Positions 29,740 to 39,305 of a DNA stretch of 64,000 bases are shown here, piece by piece. The translations under genes and the position numbers were made by a program. Within the stretch, counting starts at the first letter, position 1; each line of letters starts with the position of its first letter. Origin of the DNA: Planctomycetota bacterium (GTDB taxonomy: Bacteria > Planctomycetota > UBA8108 > SXIK01); the NCBI GenBank assembly GCA_965223265.1, contig OZ244999.1, positions 3,168,001-3,232,000 of the forward strand. The letters are read 5' to 3'. The notes below the pieces were generated by a model, which was given only the letters and a program-made list of their open reading frames with translations, was not told the origin of the DNA and made no database searches.

Positions 29740-30915
29740 CTACGAGCTGGGGGTGTCGGGAGCGGCGCCCGGAGTTGCTACCTGACTTGCCGCCGGAAAC
29801 TTGATCTTCTGGCCGTGCTGGAGCGAGCGTTGACCTTTGATGACTACAAGCTCGTCCGCATCGACCCCGCTGATGACTTCAGAAAAAACGTCGTCACGGA
29901 AACCCACCTCGACGACACGACGTTCCGCTTCGCCGCCAACCGAAACAAAAGCGACTTGGTCGCCTTTGTGTTCGAACACTGCTTCCTTCGGCACGAGGGT
30001 GACGCCCGTACGGCGCTCAGTGAGAATCTGCACCTTAGCGAAATCGCCCGGTCTGGTGTTGGCTGGATATTCCGCAATCTCGACCGTGATCGTGATGGTT
30101 CCCGTAGCCGGATCAATGACCGGGCTGATGAGTTTGATGCGACCCTGAAGCCGGGCGCCATCGCTGTCCAGCACGAGCTCGACACGCTGATCGACGCTGA
30201 TCGCTTTGAATTCCTTGGCCGGCACGTAGACGCGGGCCAGCAGCGGGTTCAAGTCGGCGACCGTGAACAGAGCCGCTCCGATCTCGACGTACTGACCGAC
30301 GTCGACGAATCGGCGTACGACCCGACCACTGAAGGGCGAGGACACTTTGGCGTAGGAGTAGCTCAACCGTGCCAAGCCCTGCTCGGCGACGGCCTTTGCG
30401 AGGTCATTCTTCGCCGTGTCGAATTCCTCGGCTGAGACCAGCCCTTGCTGCATTTTCTTGAGGCGCTCGAACTGCGACTGAAGATTACTTGTCGTCGCCT
30501 CCGCCTGTTCAAGTCGCAGCTTGTATTCATCATTGCCGATCCGCAAAAGAAGATCGTTCTCTTCAACAGCATCGCCCTCCTCGACGTGGATGGCCTCGAT
30601 CAAACCTGCGGCGCGGGCCAAGACGTCTGCCCGTCGCTCTGCTTCTAGGGTCGCAGTGGCGGAGTAGTATTTCGCGATGTCGCCTCGTCGAGCAGCCTTC
30701 ACCGCCACGGGCATCGGTGCCACCGCTGCCGCCCCTGCGTTTGCGCTTCCCTTAGAATTGGCCGACGTAGAGCGACCGGCGGTAGAGCTCGTGGCCCGCG
30801 TCTGCTTGCCGCTGTCGTCGCTTTCGCGCCCACAGCTTAGTAGGGACACGACGGCGAAGAGCAGGATCAAACGGTGTTCGCTACTGATTCGGTGTGTTCG
30901 TTTTGTCATTGGCAC
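29740..30915 (-). CDS. RND periplasmic adaptor (membrane fusion) lipoprotein
   Basis: Lipobox LLSC; VEEGDAV..; SPFSGRV; ISPVIDPATGT; first gene of the RND operon. Confidence 0.93.
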   Translation of the reverse strand: MPMTKRTHRISSEHRLILLFAVVSLLSCGRESDDSGKQTRATSSTAGRSTSANSKGSANAGAAAVAPMPVAVKAARRGDIAKYYSATATLEAERRADVLARAAGLIEAIHVEEGDAVEENDLLLRIGNDEYKLRLEQAEATTSNLQSQFERLKKMQQGLVSAEEFDTAKNDLAKAVAEQGLARLSYSYAKVSSPFSGRVVRRFVDVGQYVEIGAALFTVADLNPLLARVYVPAKEFKAISVDQRVELVLDSDGARLQGRIKLISPVIDPATGTITITVEIAEYPANTRPGDFAKVQILTERRTGVTLVPKEAVFEHKGDQVAFVSVGGEAERRVVEVGFRDDVFSEVISGVDADELVVIKGQRSLQHGQKIKFPAASQVATPGAAPDTPSS

Positions 30916-31008
30916 AACTTGCCCATTCTACTCTAACTTGGTCGCGAATCGAGAACTTGGAGTCGCTACCTCGCGCGGACGCGGGCGCCGCGGCCTCATG
31001 TTCCGCTA

Positions 31009-31169
31009 ACAGCCCGTTGAAAAAGTCATTCGGCTGAGAAACCGGCCTCTTCACGCCCAGATCAGCCGCGGCGAGCCTCGAAAATCTCGGAGATTACCTG
31101 CGTTCGCCGCGGCTGATCTGGACGCGAAGCGACCAGTTTTCAGCTCGAAGCACTTTTTCAACAGGCTGC
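31009..31169 (+). mobile_element. Hairpin MITE-like element (short variant)
   Basis: TA|ACAGCCCGTTGAAAAAGT ... ACTTTTTCAACAGGCTGC|TA; arms complementary over about 65 bp; multiple copies in window. Confidence 0.85.
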
Positions 31170-31197
31170 TAAGCTAACAGTGGGTGGTTTCCTCCGT

Positions 31198-34100
31198 TTA
31201 CGCTCGCCACGATTTCACTTCTTGGATGACGCGGAGGGCATCCGTGCGCTTTTTCTCAAAGAGCGCAAACAGCGCGATGATCGCGACGCCGAGGCAGATT
31301 CCACCGACGTACCAAAGCCAGGTCCAGCCGCGCGCGGACGCTGCGTGCCAGATCAGCGTGACGAGCGAAACGAGGAAGAACGCGGATCCCGTGAACAGGA
31401 ACGAGTGCGCCTTGAGAAGAATTCCGCCAAGGATTCCGGCGACGGACCAGGCGGCTAGGAGAAGCGGCAACCATGGCGTGCTCGCCACGCCGCTCAAAAG
31501 GATGTCCGCCGTTGACGAGCAGTACACGAACAGTAGGCAACCATAGCGGATCATCGCGACTTGGGCGGGGAGGAGGCGGTCTCTGACCAGATGGCACGCA
31601 CCCAAGACTGAGAGCGCGGGGGGAATGAGCCACAGCTGTGGGTGTTCCCAGAGTCTGAGACCGTCGATGCGGTGCCAATAGGACCAGAGCGCACCATTGA
31701 CGAGAAACAAGGCCACAACGCCGAAGCTGAAGGAGCGCCGCATTGCTGCGGCCGCGCCGTAGAAGAGGCTGGAGAGGAGAAACACCATGGCTGGGTGGGC
31801 GCTGGAGCTGAACCCCCATTGCCCGAGGAGAGCGACGACGGGCAAGAAGAGGCCGGTACGCAAGAGGGGTTGCGCGAGCACCGCCCGTCCCTGGCGCTCG
31901 AAGATGCTCCCGATTCCTGCACCGGCGTAGGCGAGAGCTAACACGATGAACGGCCAATAGCGTGAGAAGAAGCCGCTGAAGAGCCACGGCATCGTGACGC
32001 GGATGTGGATGAAAACGAGAGCGGCGAGCACTTCCGCTAAGTAGACGTAGGACGTTTTGCCGCGGTCTGGGAGGTCCAGAGGGTCGAGACGCGGTGTCAC
32101 TGCGAAGCGAAAGAGGCAGATAGCGAGCACCGCCGCACCGGCGAGAAACACCGACTGCATCGCGGCAGAGTAGGGCGACGTATTGCCATCCGACCGGCCG
32201 GCGAAGTCGAACCAGCAGACGGCCGCCACAGCGAGGAATGCCGACATCAAACACCAGACGGTTACGATCGACAAATCGCCACGCCAAACGTCCCAGCGGC
32301 CGCGAACGCCGACGCGCAGATGGCTCGTGAGGGATGCCACGAGGCTCAGCGGTAGGACGGCCGCAGCGAGCAGGTGCGAAAGGTCCAGGTGCGCCAATGG
32401 CGGCTCGATCCATGCCCACGCAAAGAGAACCGATGTCAATGCGAACGTGGCTAGTGCCAACTGGCGAGTGGAGGGCTCGCACGTACGCGATATGTCGACG
32501 ACTGCGAACACCAAAGGCGGCGCGAGTGGACTGAGAGCAATGGCGAGACGTACCGGCAGTTGACTGCCCTCGGGCGCGAGCGTCCACATGCCGGCGAATC
32601 CCAGCATGAGCGTAACACCAGTCAGAGCGATGTGTACGCCCAGGAGCCAGTCGTCGATGGCACTTTCGGCGCGGCCATCTCTTGCCTGCGAATGCATGCG
32701 AGCGAACCAAGCTCCGAGCGCGCGCTGCACCCGGCGGTTTTGCCACAGCGTCAAACTCAAGCTAGTCGTTGTTGCGAGTCCTAGCGGCAAGACGATTCGC
32801 AGCGCTGCGGCACTGACATGGAGCTGCTCGAGCACAAGAAGAAGCGTGAGTGACGGCATCGCGAACAGCGCGGCGGCAGCCAGAGGAGTTCGGCGGCGCA
32901 ACATCGTCTGCACTGCGAGTGCCGTGGTGACACCAAGCGTGCTCCAGGCGAGCGCCCCAGACGCAGAGTGTGGGAGCCCGCTCCACGCACCGTGGATAAC
33001 GTGACCAGTAGTCGCCGCCAACGTGGCACAGCCGAGGCCGGTGGCTAAATCCGTCGCTACCGGTGATGACGACGATGATCGGCGGTGGCTCGGGAGCATG
33101 CTCGAAGTGACGAGGCTCGCTGCGGCGAACACCGCGACGTTGAGTCGAAGAACGTTCAACGCGAGAGACTGGTCTGGAGGTGGCGGCGGGAGATTGAGCC
33201 AGAGGTGTGTCGCAGCGAGCGCGGCAAATGCGGCAGCGGCGGTGGTGCTCAGCCGGGAGCCAAGCGTGACGCCTTGGATCATGCTGAAGACCGCGACCGC
33301 GAGTAGCGGCAGTGCCGTGGCAAGGGGCAGCCCGAGGTTGTCGAACAGTGTTCCGGCGGGTAACGACCCGAGGTTCTGCATCGAACCTGGCGACGTGAAA
33401 GCTAGCACGAAAACCGTTACGGGCGCGGCGCCCATAAGGGCGGCGAAAACGCGGGTGAATCGCGGGACCCAGCGCTGTGTGGGCTGTCGAGCCTTGCGCG
33501 CTTCCAGTAGAGACTTGAACGTCTTCGGCAAGATCCAGAGTGAGCCTGAGAGCGCGCAAAAGAAAACGGCGAGTGACCATTCGAGTGTGATCATCGAGTA
33601 GAGCGTCGTCCCCGGCGCTATGCTGATCATCAGCATAGGACAGAGCATCCAGAGTGCCATCAAGAGCGCGACGAAGAGCGGACGCGTGAGGGCGCTCGCG
33701 AGCTGAATCGCAAGAGTGAGCGTCAGAACTCCCCATAGCGTCCAGCCGAGACCGTCAGAGCCGACACTGATGGTATAGACCCAAACGGGAATGAGTGCGA
33801 ACGCTGCCACGCCACAAGTGAGGCGGCATAGAGTCGCGACCCCTAGCTCTTTTGGTTTGACGAAGAAGTGGTACAGCGACACGATCAGCTGGAGCACTAA
33901 CACCGCGAGTGAACATGCGGCCACCGTCATCAGATCAGGAAGGGGCTGGAATTGAGGCGAGCCGGCGACCGCAGCGGCTCCAGCGCAGGCGGCGCTGAGT
34001 GACAGCGTCGCGTGTGCGACGACGCGCAGCGGGGTTGATCCATCGAAGCGGGCGCTGCCACGCAAGATGACGGCGAGCCAAAGGAGACGCGACGCGTACA

Positions 34101-36066
34101 AAGACATTGGGTGTGGCGCCGCTATCGACCAAGCCACGATCTCGAATGCGGGAGAGATCGCCAGTTGGGCGGCGGCGGCGATCATGGCGACACTCGCTAC
34201 AACGCGGCAGAGTGGCGAGCAGCGTGCAAGCGCAGCACGAGGGTGCCCGTGCGTCAGGTGGCCGATGATAAGCGCCGCCGACGCAAACGACAGCAGGGTG
34301 AAACCGTGTGGCTCAAGCGGCTGGAGCGCAGTCGGCAGCGCAAAGAGAATCCCCTGCGACAAGCTGCCGAGCAGACACACCATGGAGGCAACCGTGAGCG
34401 CGGTCGCGGTGACGTTCGAAGTTGCCAGCACGGCAGCGCCGAATGCTGCAGCGGCGCCAACGGCATACGTCCAAGTGACGGCGTAGGGATCGCCGGGGAC
34501 ACCGAAGCCATGCACCGTCAGGAGTGTCATGCTGACGGCGAAACAGAATGCTGCACAGGCGGCAAGTCCAGAGGCGAGCGATCTCGCTTTGCGTTTTGCC
34601 GCGATAAGGCTACAGGTGGCGTAGGCAGCAACTGGAATCAAGAGCCAGTTGCCGGATGCTCCTGAGGAAAGCGCGTCGAACAGCTCTCCTGGGGTGCCTG
34701 GTTCCTGCCGGTACGTCGAGTGGACGAGGAGGAGAAAACTGGTGATCCAGAACGGCGCGGCGGCGAGGTGGAGCCACGGTCTGTTGCCACCGATTGCTGC
34801 CGAGAGCAGGATAACGCCGCTGATGGTGGAGGCCGCGATGAGCTCCGCGGGTCGCGGCCAAGCGAGGACAACACCGATCGCGTGGAGTAGGCCTCCGAGT
34901 AGAGAGATGGTGAGCGCGACGACTGCGAAGAGCGGCAGCGTCCGCCGCAGTCGAGCGTCCAGAAAGAGGCCTACGGCGATCGGCACAGCCGCGAACAAGC
35001 TGAGTAGGGGGCTGAGCGTCTGAAAGCTCTGCCAAGATCTTCCCGAAGGCGACAGGCGAACCACCAGAAGGAGGAGAGACAACGCCACGGCGAAAGTGAT
35101 GACGCCATGAAACGAAAGGAGGCTGCGAGCTTTCAGCGCGCCGACGCGCCGCCACCGCGACGCACCGACCAGTGCGATCGCGTGGGTGAGTGCATAGATG
35201 GTCAGCGGTGCCGCAGCGAGACAGTAGGCGCTGAGCGGGGTCGACGTTGCGCTCGCCCAGCGGCGAACCCCGAGCATCAAAACCGACGCGCCGACGACTC
35301 CAAGCGTCACGAGTCCTGGCCAGGGGCGAGCGAACGTCCGCGCGGCACGAAAAACGAGCAACGAGAATACGACCGCGGCGAAGAGTTCACCGGCGATCAT
35401 TCCTGCATCGTTTCCAGCGGGTGAACGTGAGAACGCGACCAGCGCCAGGAAGTTCAGCGGCACGAGCATGGTCGAGATGATGAGAAGACCGCGGCTGGTG
35501 AGCGGGATCCTCCAACGGTGGTAGGTGTAGAGGCCGGCTCCGAAGAGGGCCGCAGTGATGGCCGTGAAGAGAAAGAACTTGAGGAGCTGGCTCGCTCCGA
35601 TCTGCGCCCAGAAACTCATCACGAGTGCCGTCGACGAAGCGACGACGAGCAGACCACCGACGAGCTCGCCCCAGCGGATGTTTTTTGCCGCCATGAACCC
35701 GGCGAAGAGCTCGCCTACGGACTTGCGCGGCGGTCGGGCGGCGAGATCGGCACTCGGTGGCGCAGTGTCCTCTCGGCTTGCCCGCAGGGCCACTTCGGGG
35801 ATCACCGCGGAGAGAGGATCGGCTTCCGTGGACCTTCGAGTCTCGTCTTTCGCAGGGAGGACCACGGACTGCGACGGGGAGGTGTCAGGCGACGTGTTCT
35901 TCGCCTTCGAGATCGTCCTACCCAAGGCACGAGACCGACCCTCCCGAATCGCAGCGAGGGCGCGTCGATAGGAGGTGTCGTCCAGGAGTTCGGCTTCCCA
36001 GAGCCACCGGAGGTGCTTCTCAGTGATCTCGAGCTCCTCGAGATGTCTCTGCGATCGGTCCACCAT
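31198..36066 (-). CDS. Very large multi-pass membrane protein of unknown function
   Basis: 1622 aa, nearly continuously hydrophobic after a soluble N-terminus; FMAAKNIRWGELVGGLL segment; W-rich C-terminus. Confidence 0.8.
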   Translation of the reverse strand: MVDRSQRHLEELEITEKHLRWLWEAELLDDTSYRRALAAIREGRSRALGRTISKAKNTSPDTSPSQSVVLPAKDETRRSTEADPLSAVIPEVALRASREDTAPPSADLAARPPRKSVGELFAGFMAAKNIRWGELVGGLLVVASSTALVMSFWAQIGASQLLKFFLFTAITAALFGAGLYTYHRWRIPLTSRGLLIISTMLVPLNFLALVAFSRSPAGNDAGMIAGELFAAVVFSLLVFRAARTFARPWPGLVTLGVVGASVLMLGVRRWASATSTPLSAYCLAAAPLTIYALTHAIALVGASRWRRVGALKARSLLSFHGVITFAVALSLLLLVVRLSPSGRSWQSFQTLSPLLSLFAAVPIAVGLFLDARLRRTLPLFAVVALTISLLGGLLHAIGVVLAWPRPAELIAASTISGVILLSAAIGGNRPWLHLAAAPFWITSFLLLVHSTYRQEPGTPGELFDALSSGASGNWLLIPVAAYATCSLIAAKRKARSLASGLAACAAFCFAVSMTLLTVHGFGVPGDPYAVTWTYAVGAAAAFGAAVLATSNVTATALTVASMVCLLGSLSQGILFALPTALQPLEPHGFTLLSFASAALIIGHLTHGHPRAALARCSPLCRVVASVAMIAAAAQLAISPAFEIVAWSIAAPHPMSLYASRLLWLAVILRGSARFDGSTPLRVVAHATLSLSAACAGAAAVAGSPQFQPLPDLMTVAACSLAVLVLQLIVSLYHFFVKPKELGVATLCRLTCGVAAFALIPVWVYTISVGSDGLGWTLWGVLTLTLAIQLASALTRPLFVALLMALWMLCPMLMISIAPGTTLYSMITLEWSLAVFFCALSGSLWILPKTFKSLLEARKARQPTQRWVPRFTRVFAALMGAAPVTVFVLAFTSPGSMQNLGSLPAGTLFDNLGLPLATALPLLAVAVFSMIQGVTLGSRLSTTAAAAFAALAATHLWLNLPPPPPDQSLALNVLRLNVAVFAAASLVTSSMLPSHRRSSSSSPVATDLATGLGCATLAATTGHVIHGAWSGLPHSASGALAWSTLGVTTALAVQTMLRRRTPLAAAALFAMPSLTLLLVLEQLHVSAAALRIVLPLGLATTTSLSLTLWQNRRVQRALGAWFARMHSQARDGRAESAIDDWLLGVHIALTGVTLMLGFAGMWTLAPEGSQLPVRLAIALSPLAPPLVFAVVDISRTCEPSTRQLALATFALTSVLFAWAWIEPPLAHLDLSHLLAAAVLPLSLVASLTSHLRVGVRGRWDVWRGDLSIVTVWCLMSAFLAVAAVCWFDFAGRSDGNTSPYSAAMQSVFLAGAAVLAICLFRFAVTPRLDPLDLPDRGKTSYVYLAEVLAALVFIHIRVTMPWLFSGFFSRYWPFIVLALAYAGAGIGSIFERQGRAVLAQPLLRTGLFLPVVALLGQWGFSSSAHPAMVFLLSSLFYGAAAAMRRSFSFGVVALFLVNGALWSYWHRIDGLRLWEHPQLWLIPPALSVLGACHLVRDRLLPAQVAMIRYGCLLFVYCSSTADILLSGVASTPWLPLLLAAWSVAGILGGILLKAHSFLFTGSAFFLVSLVTLIWHAASARGWTWLWYVGGICLGVAIIALFALFEKKRTDALRVIQEVKSWRA

Positions 36067-36304
36067 TTGATCGGCTCCCCCGAGCTGCCGTGCGCGCGTT
36101 CACCCGAGCTACGCGAGAGATTCTGCGGGCTGGCGCCAGAGATGACAATGCGCCGATCGTGAGGAAGTTGTGCTCGCGGGGTTGTAGCACGAAGATCCGA
36201 ATCCGCAGGCGAAGACCACTGCGGACTCGGATCGGGCGTCCATGTCGCTTGGTACTGAAAGTGCCGGAGCCCGCAGGCGGCTCCGGCGTCCCACTCAGCA
36301 GGAC

Positions 36305-37171
36305 TTAGCAGGACTCTTCGATCTCCGCGCGGATTTCAGCCGGTGTGATCGTCGCGTCATTGTTCGTCAGGTCGCAGTCGTCGTTTTCTTCGTTGGCGTC
36401 GATGAAAATGTCCGGGTCGTAACTGAGCCGCACTTCGTAAGAGGGCGGGAACTCGGTCGAGAGAATCCAAAGGCGTTCATAGGAAACGTCGACACCGAAT
36501 CCTGCCTGCACGGCGGTGAAGTCTTTGCTCGCGACGAGCGTGCGCGTTCTGCCCTGGACCTCGTAGAGGAGCAGACTCTGTGGACCGAGGCGCGAACGAA
36601 AGTCTTGGCTGGAGATGTTGGTCGCTTCACCCCGAATCCGAATGCGGGCCGAGCCGTTGAAACAGGTGACCGTCTGAACTGAGATGCTGGCGGCGAGATC
36701 GAGGCCGCAGCCCGTATTGACTTCGCAGGGACCGCGAGTGGCGCAGCCCAACTGATCAGGCGTCGGGTCGAAGCCGCAGGCACCGACAGGTGGAGGGATC
36801 GTCGGGGAGCCGAGAAACATGAATCCTAGCAACGCCATCGGGTCAGAGATGTCCACGACGCCGTCATCGTTAACGTCGGCGGCCTTCATGCATGTCGGCT
36901 CCGAGCTTCCCGAGACGAACAGAAAGTTCAGGGTAAACACGCCATCGGACACGTCGGCAGAACCATCTTGATTCGCGTCGCCGCGCTCGAAGGGGTGGTC
37001 GATATTCGCGATCGGTGGAAGGACCGGGCCAATGATGTCGGGATCGATGATGTCCGGGTCGATCACGATCCCAGGGTCGATCAACTGCGCCGGTAGTGAA
37101 GTGGTACCGAGCCAAGCAGTGGCGACAGCGAAAGCCAAGAGACGGATGGCTGAAGTGGTGCAGCGGTTCAT
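36305..37171 (-). CDS. Small secreted protein with N-terminal dockerin-like domain and C-terminal CARDB/Ig-like domain
   Basis: GAGGA RBS, signal MNRCTTSAIRLLAFAVA; IDPxI repeats; FERGDANQDG..DVNDDG..CGFDPTPD; ends ENDDCDLTNND. Confidence 0.75.
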   Translation of the reverse strand: MNRCTTSAIRLLAFAVATAWLGTTSLPAQLIDPGIVIDPDIIDPDIIGPVLPPIANIDHPFERGDANQDGSADVSDGVFTLNFLFVSGSSEPTCMKAADVNDDGVVDISDPMALLGFMFLGSPTIPPPVGACGFDPTPDQLGCATRGPCEVNTGCGLDLAASISVQTVTCFNGSARIRIRGEATNISSQDFRSRLGPQSLLLYEVQGRTRTLVASKDFTAVQAGFGVDVSYERLWILSTEFPPSYEVRLSYDPDIFIDANEENDDCDLTNNDATITPAEIRAEIEESC

Positions 37172-37568
37172 GCGTCTGGTCCTCGAGAGAAGTTGCTGTG
37201 AGCGTGCCGTCCGTGGCCCGCGTACGTCTTCTGAGGGCCAACATGGCGCCTTGGTGTAACGCACGATTCCTGCTGGTTCGTAGGTCGTTGTGCTGCTTTT
37301 GGTTACGCGTTCTCCCTGAGGCGCCTCACGGGTGTTGCTGGTTGCCGCGGAGGGGCTTCGATAGCGACGTGGAGTTTTCGTTCGCCGGTGTGCACAGAGA
37401 CCATCATTGCCACGCCGCTGCGCCGCTGGTGTTCGGCGCGCCGCATTTCGGAGCGCTTCGCAGTCGCAAAAGCGCCGGGAATTTCCCAAAATCTACCAGC
37501 GCCTCCCGCCTGCGCCCAGAAAGGCAACCGTTTTCACCCGCCAAGCCGCACAACGTACAGGAGAAGAC

Positions 37569-38693
37569 ATGACGCGAAGCGAGAACCACGACTGGACGGA
37601 AGCCAACGCGAGTCACAACGCCGCGGAGAAAGTGAGCAGGGGTGCACCGACGACACTGGGCCGTCGTTCCTTTCTTTCGGCCGCTGCTGTCGCCACTACG
37701 TCGACGCTGTTGGGGCGCGAGTTCGGCCCCGGGGCTCCGCCCGTTCGCTACCCTGATCCTGACATCATCGTGCTCGACAAACGCTTCGCAAAGTACAAGC
37801 TTGGCAACACCCCGATCCAGCGGCTACATGTTGGCACGCTGTGGGCGGAAGGTCCGGCATGGAACGGTGTCGGGCGGTACCTCCTTTGGAGTGACATCCC
37901 CAACAACGTGCAGCTGCGCTGGCTGGAGGAAGACGGCCATGTGAGCGTCTTTCGCCATCCATCTGGCAACAGCAACGGAAATACGTTCGATTTTCAGGGC
38001 CGTCAAATCGCGTGTGAACACGGCAATCGACGCGTCGTGCGCTACGAGTATGACGGTAGTGTGACGATGCTGGCAGACAGCTGGGAAGGTAAGCCGCTGA
38101 ACGCGCCGAACGACGCCGTTGTCCATCCGAACGACGGCGCGATTTGGTTCACCGATCCAGGCTACGGCAGCCTCATGAACTACGAGGGTAAGAAGGGGCC
38201 GCTGCACATCAAAGAGGCGGTCTATCGCATCGATGCGCAAAGCGGCAAGATGGCGAAGGTGACGGACGAGATCTACAAGCCGAACGGTCTTTGCTTCTCG
38301 CCCGACTACAAAAAGCTTTACGTTGCTGACACGGGCGCATCCCATTACCCCGACGCGCCGAAGAACATCAAAGTGTGGGACGTCGTTGACGGCAAGACGC
38401 TCTCCAATGGCGGCGAGTTCGCCTCCATGGAGCTCAGCGGCAAGGCGGGGTTCGCCGACGGCATCCGCGCCGACGTCGACGGCAACATTTGGGCGAGCGC
38501 CGGGTGGGTCGGAGCTGGATACGACGGCGTCCACATCTTCGCTCCAGATGGCGAGCGCATCGGAATGATTCGCTTACCGGAAATCTGCTCGAACGTCTGC
38601 TTTGGCGGCAAGAAGCGCAACCGTCTCTTCATGACCGCGAGCCAGTCGCTCTACTCCGTCTACGTCGAAACGCAAGGTGCGCACATCAGCTGA
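37569..38693 (+). CDS. SMP-30/gluconolactonase/LRE family protein, Tat-exported
   Basis: GGAG RBS; GRRSFL Tat motif; WAEGPAW, SNGNTFD, LNAPND, KPNGLCFSPD, ADGIRAD, NVCFGG. Confidence 0.92.
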   Translation: MTRSENHDWTEANASHNAAEKVSRGAPTTLGRRSFLSAAAVATTSTLLGREFGPGAPPVRYPDPDIIVLDKRFAKYKLGNTPIQRLHVGTLWAEGPAWNGVGRYLLWSDIPNNVQLRWLEEDGHVSVFRHPSGNSNGNTFDFQGRQIACEHGNRRVVRYEYDGSVTMLADSWEGKPLNAPNDAVVHPNDGAIWFTDPGYGSLMNYEGKKGPLHIKEAVYRIDAQSGKMAKVTDEIYKPNGLCFSPDYKKLYVADTGASHYPDAPKNIKVWDVVDGKTLSNGGEFASMELSGKAGFADGIRADVDGNIWASAGWVGAGYDGVHIFAPDGERIGMIRLPEICSNVCFGGKKRNRLFMTASQSLYSVYVETQGAHIS

Positions 38694-38996
38694 CTCGCCA
38701 CGCGGCGGCGCTTCTGGTCGCCGGTGTTGAGTCGTTGGCGGAGAAGGACGGCGCCGTGGGGTGATTCTCTGACTTCCGTGGCGCGTCGGTTGCGTGGATG
38801 CTGTCTTGCGGATTCAGACGGCGCATGACGATCTGGCTGACGCTGACGCTTCTGCCACGGTCTCTGTTCGCAACGTTGTCTGCAACAGAGAGGCTTTCGA
38901 GACCGTGCGCGATGGAGTGAGCGTGTGCGTCAGCGTGGGCAGGTGTGTTCGGGTGAGCGTGAGCGTGTGCGTGTGCGAGACACGGGTCGGCGCCGG

Positions 38997-39152
38997 TTCT
39001 GTCTCTGCTTCTGTCTCTGCTTCTGTCTCTGCTTCTGTCTCTGCTTCTGTCTCTGCTTCTGTCTCTGCTTCTGTCTCTGCTTCTGTCTCTGCTTCTGTCT
39101 CTGCTTCTGTCTCTGCTTCTGTCTCTGCTTCTGTCTCTGCTTCTGTCTCTGC
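38997..39152. repeat. Perfect 12-bp tandem repeat (TTCTGTCTCTGC) x13
   Basis: Counted directly; preceded by degenerate GTGAGC/GTGTGC hexamer runs (38916-38976). Confidence 0.95.
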
Positions 39153-39215
39153 TTCCGCCTACCTGATTCTGCTCGGACCGTCCGCGCCCGCCGAGCCGCG
39201 AAGTCGATCTTTAAA

Positions 39216-39242
39216 GTAGCAGGCACACTCCGGTGTGCCGTC
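39216..39242 (+). repeat. GTAG-type REP-like hairpin
   Basis: GTAG-CA-GGCACAC-TCCG-GTGTGCC-GTC; partial inverted partner GACGGCAC at 39278-39285. Confidence 0.65.
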
Positions 39243-39305
39243 CGGACGTGACCGGTGGACCGTGGACCGTCAGTTACGACGGCACGTTTGAGAAAGCTCG
39301 CGCCT

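Noticed and set aside
31009-31169. Autonomous IS element or riboswitch
   Set aside because: Too short to encode a transposase; it occurs in both orientations and in varied gene contexts, unlike a riboswitch.
31256-35155. Long alternative-frame ORFs (for example 496 aa and 324 aa), and similar shadow ORFs across the window
   Set aside because: Arg/Pro-rich translations overlapping well-supported genes, as expected in high-GC DNA.
38997-39152. Possible CRISPR array
   Set aside because: Contiguous identical units without spacers, and no cas genes.
38794-39251. ORFs reading (SVSA)n, (CLCF)n or (KQRQ)n
   Set aside because: They are artefacts of the 12-bp array; there is no convincing RBS, and the AETE frame on the minus strand is preceded directly by a stop.
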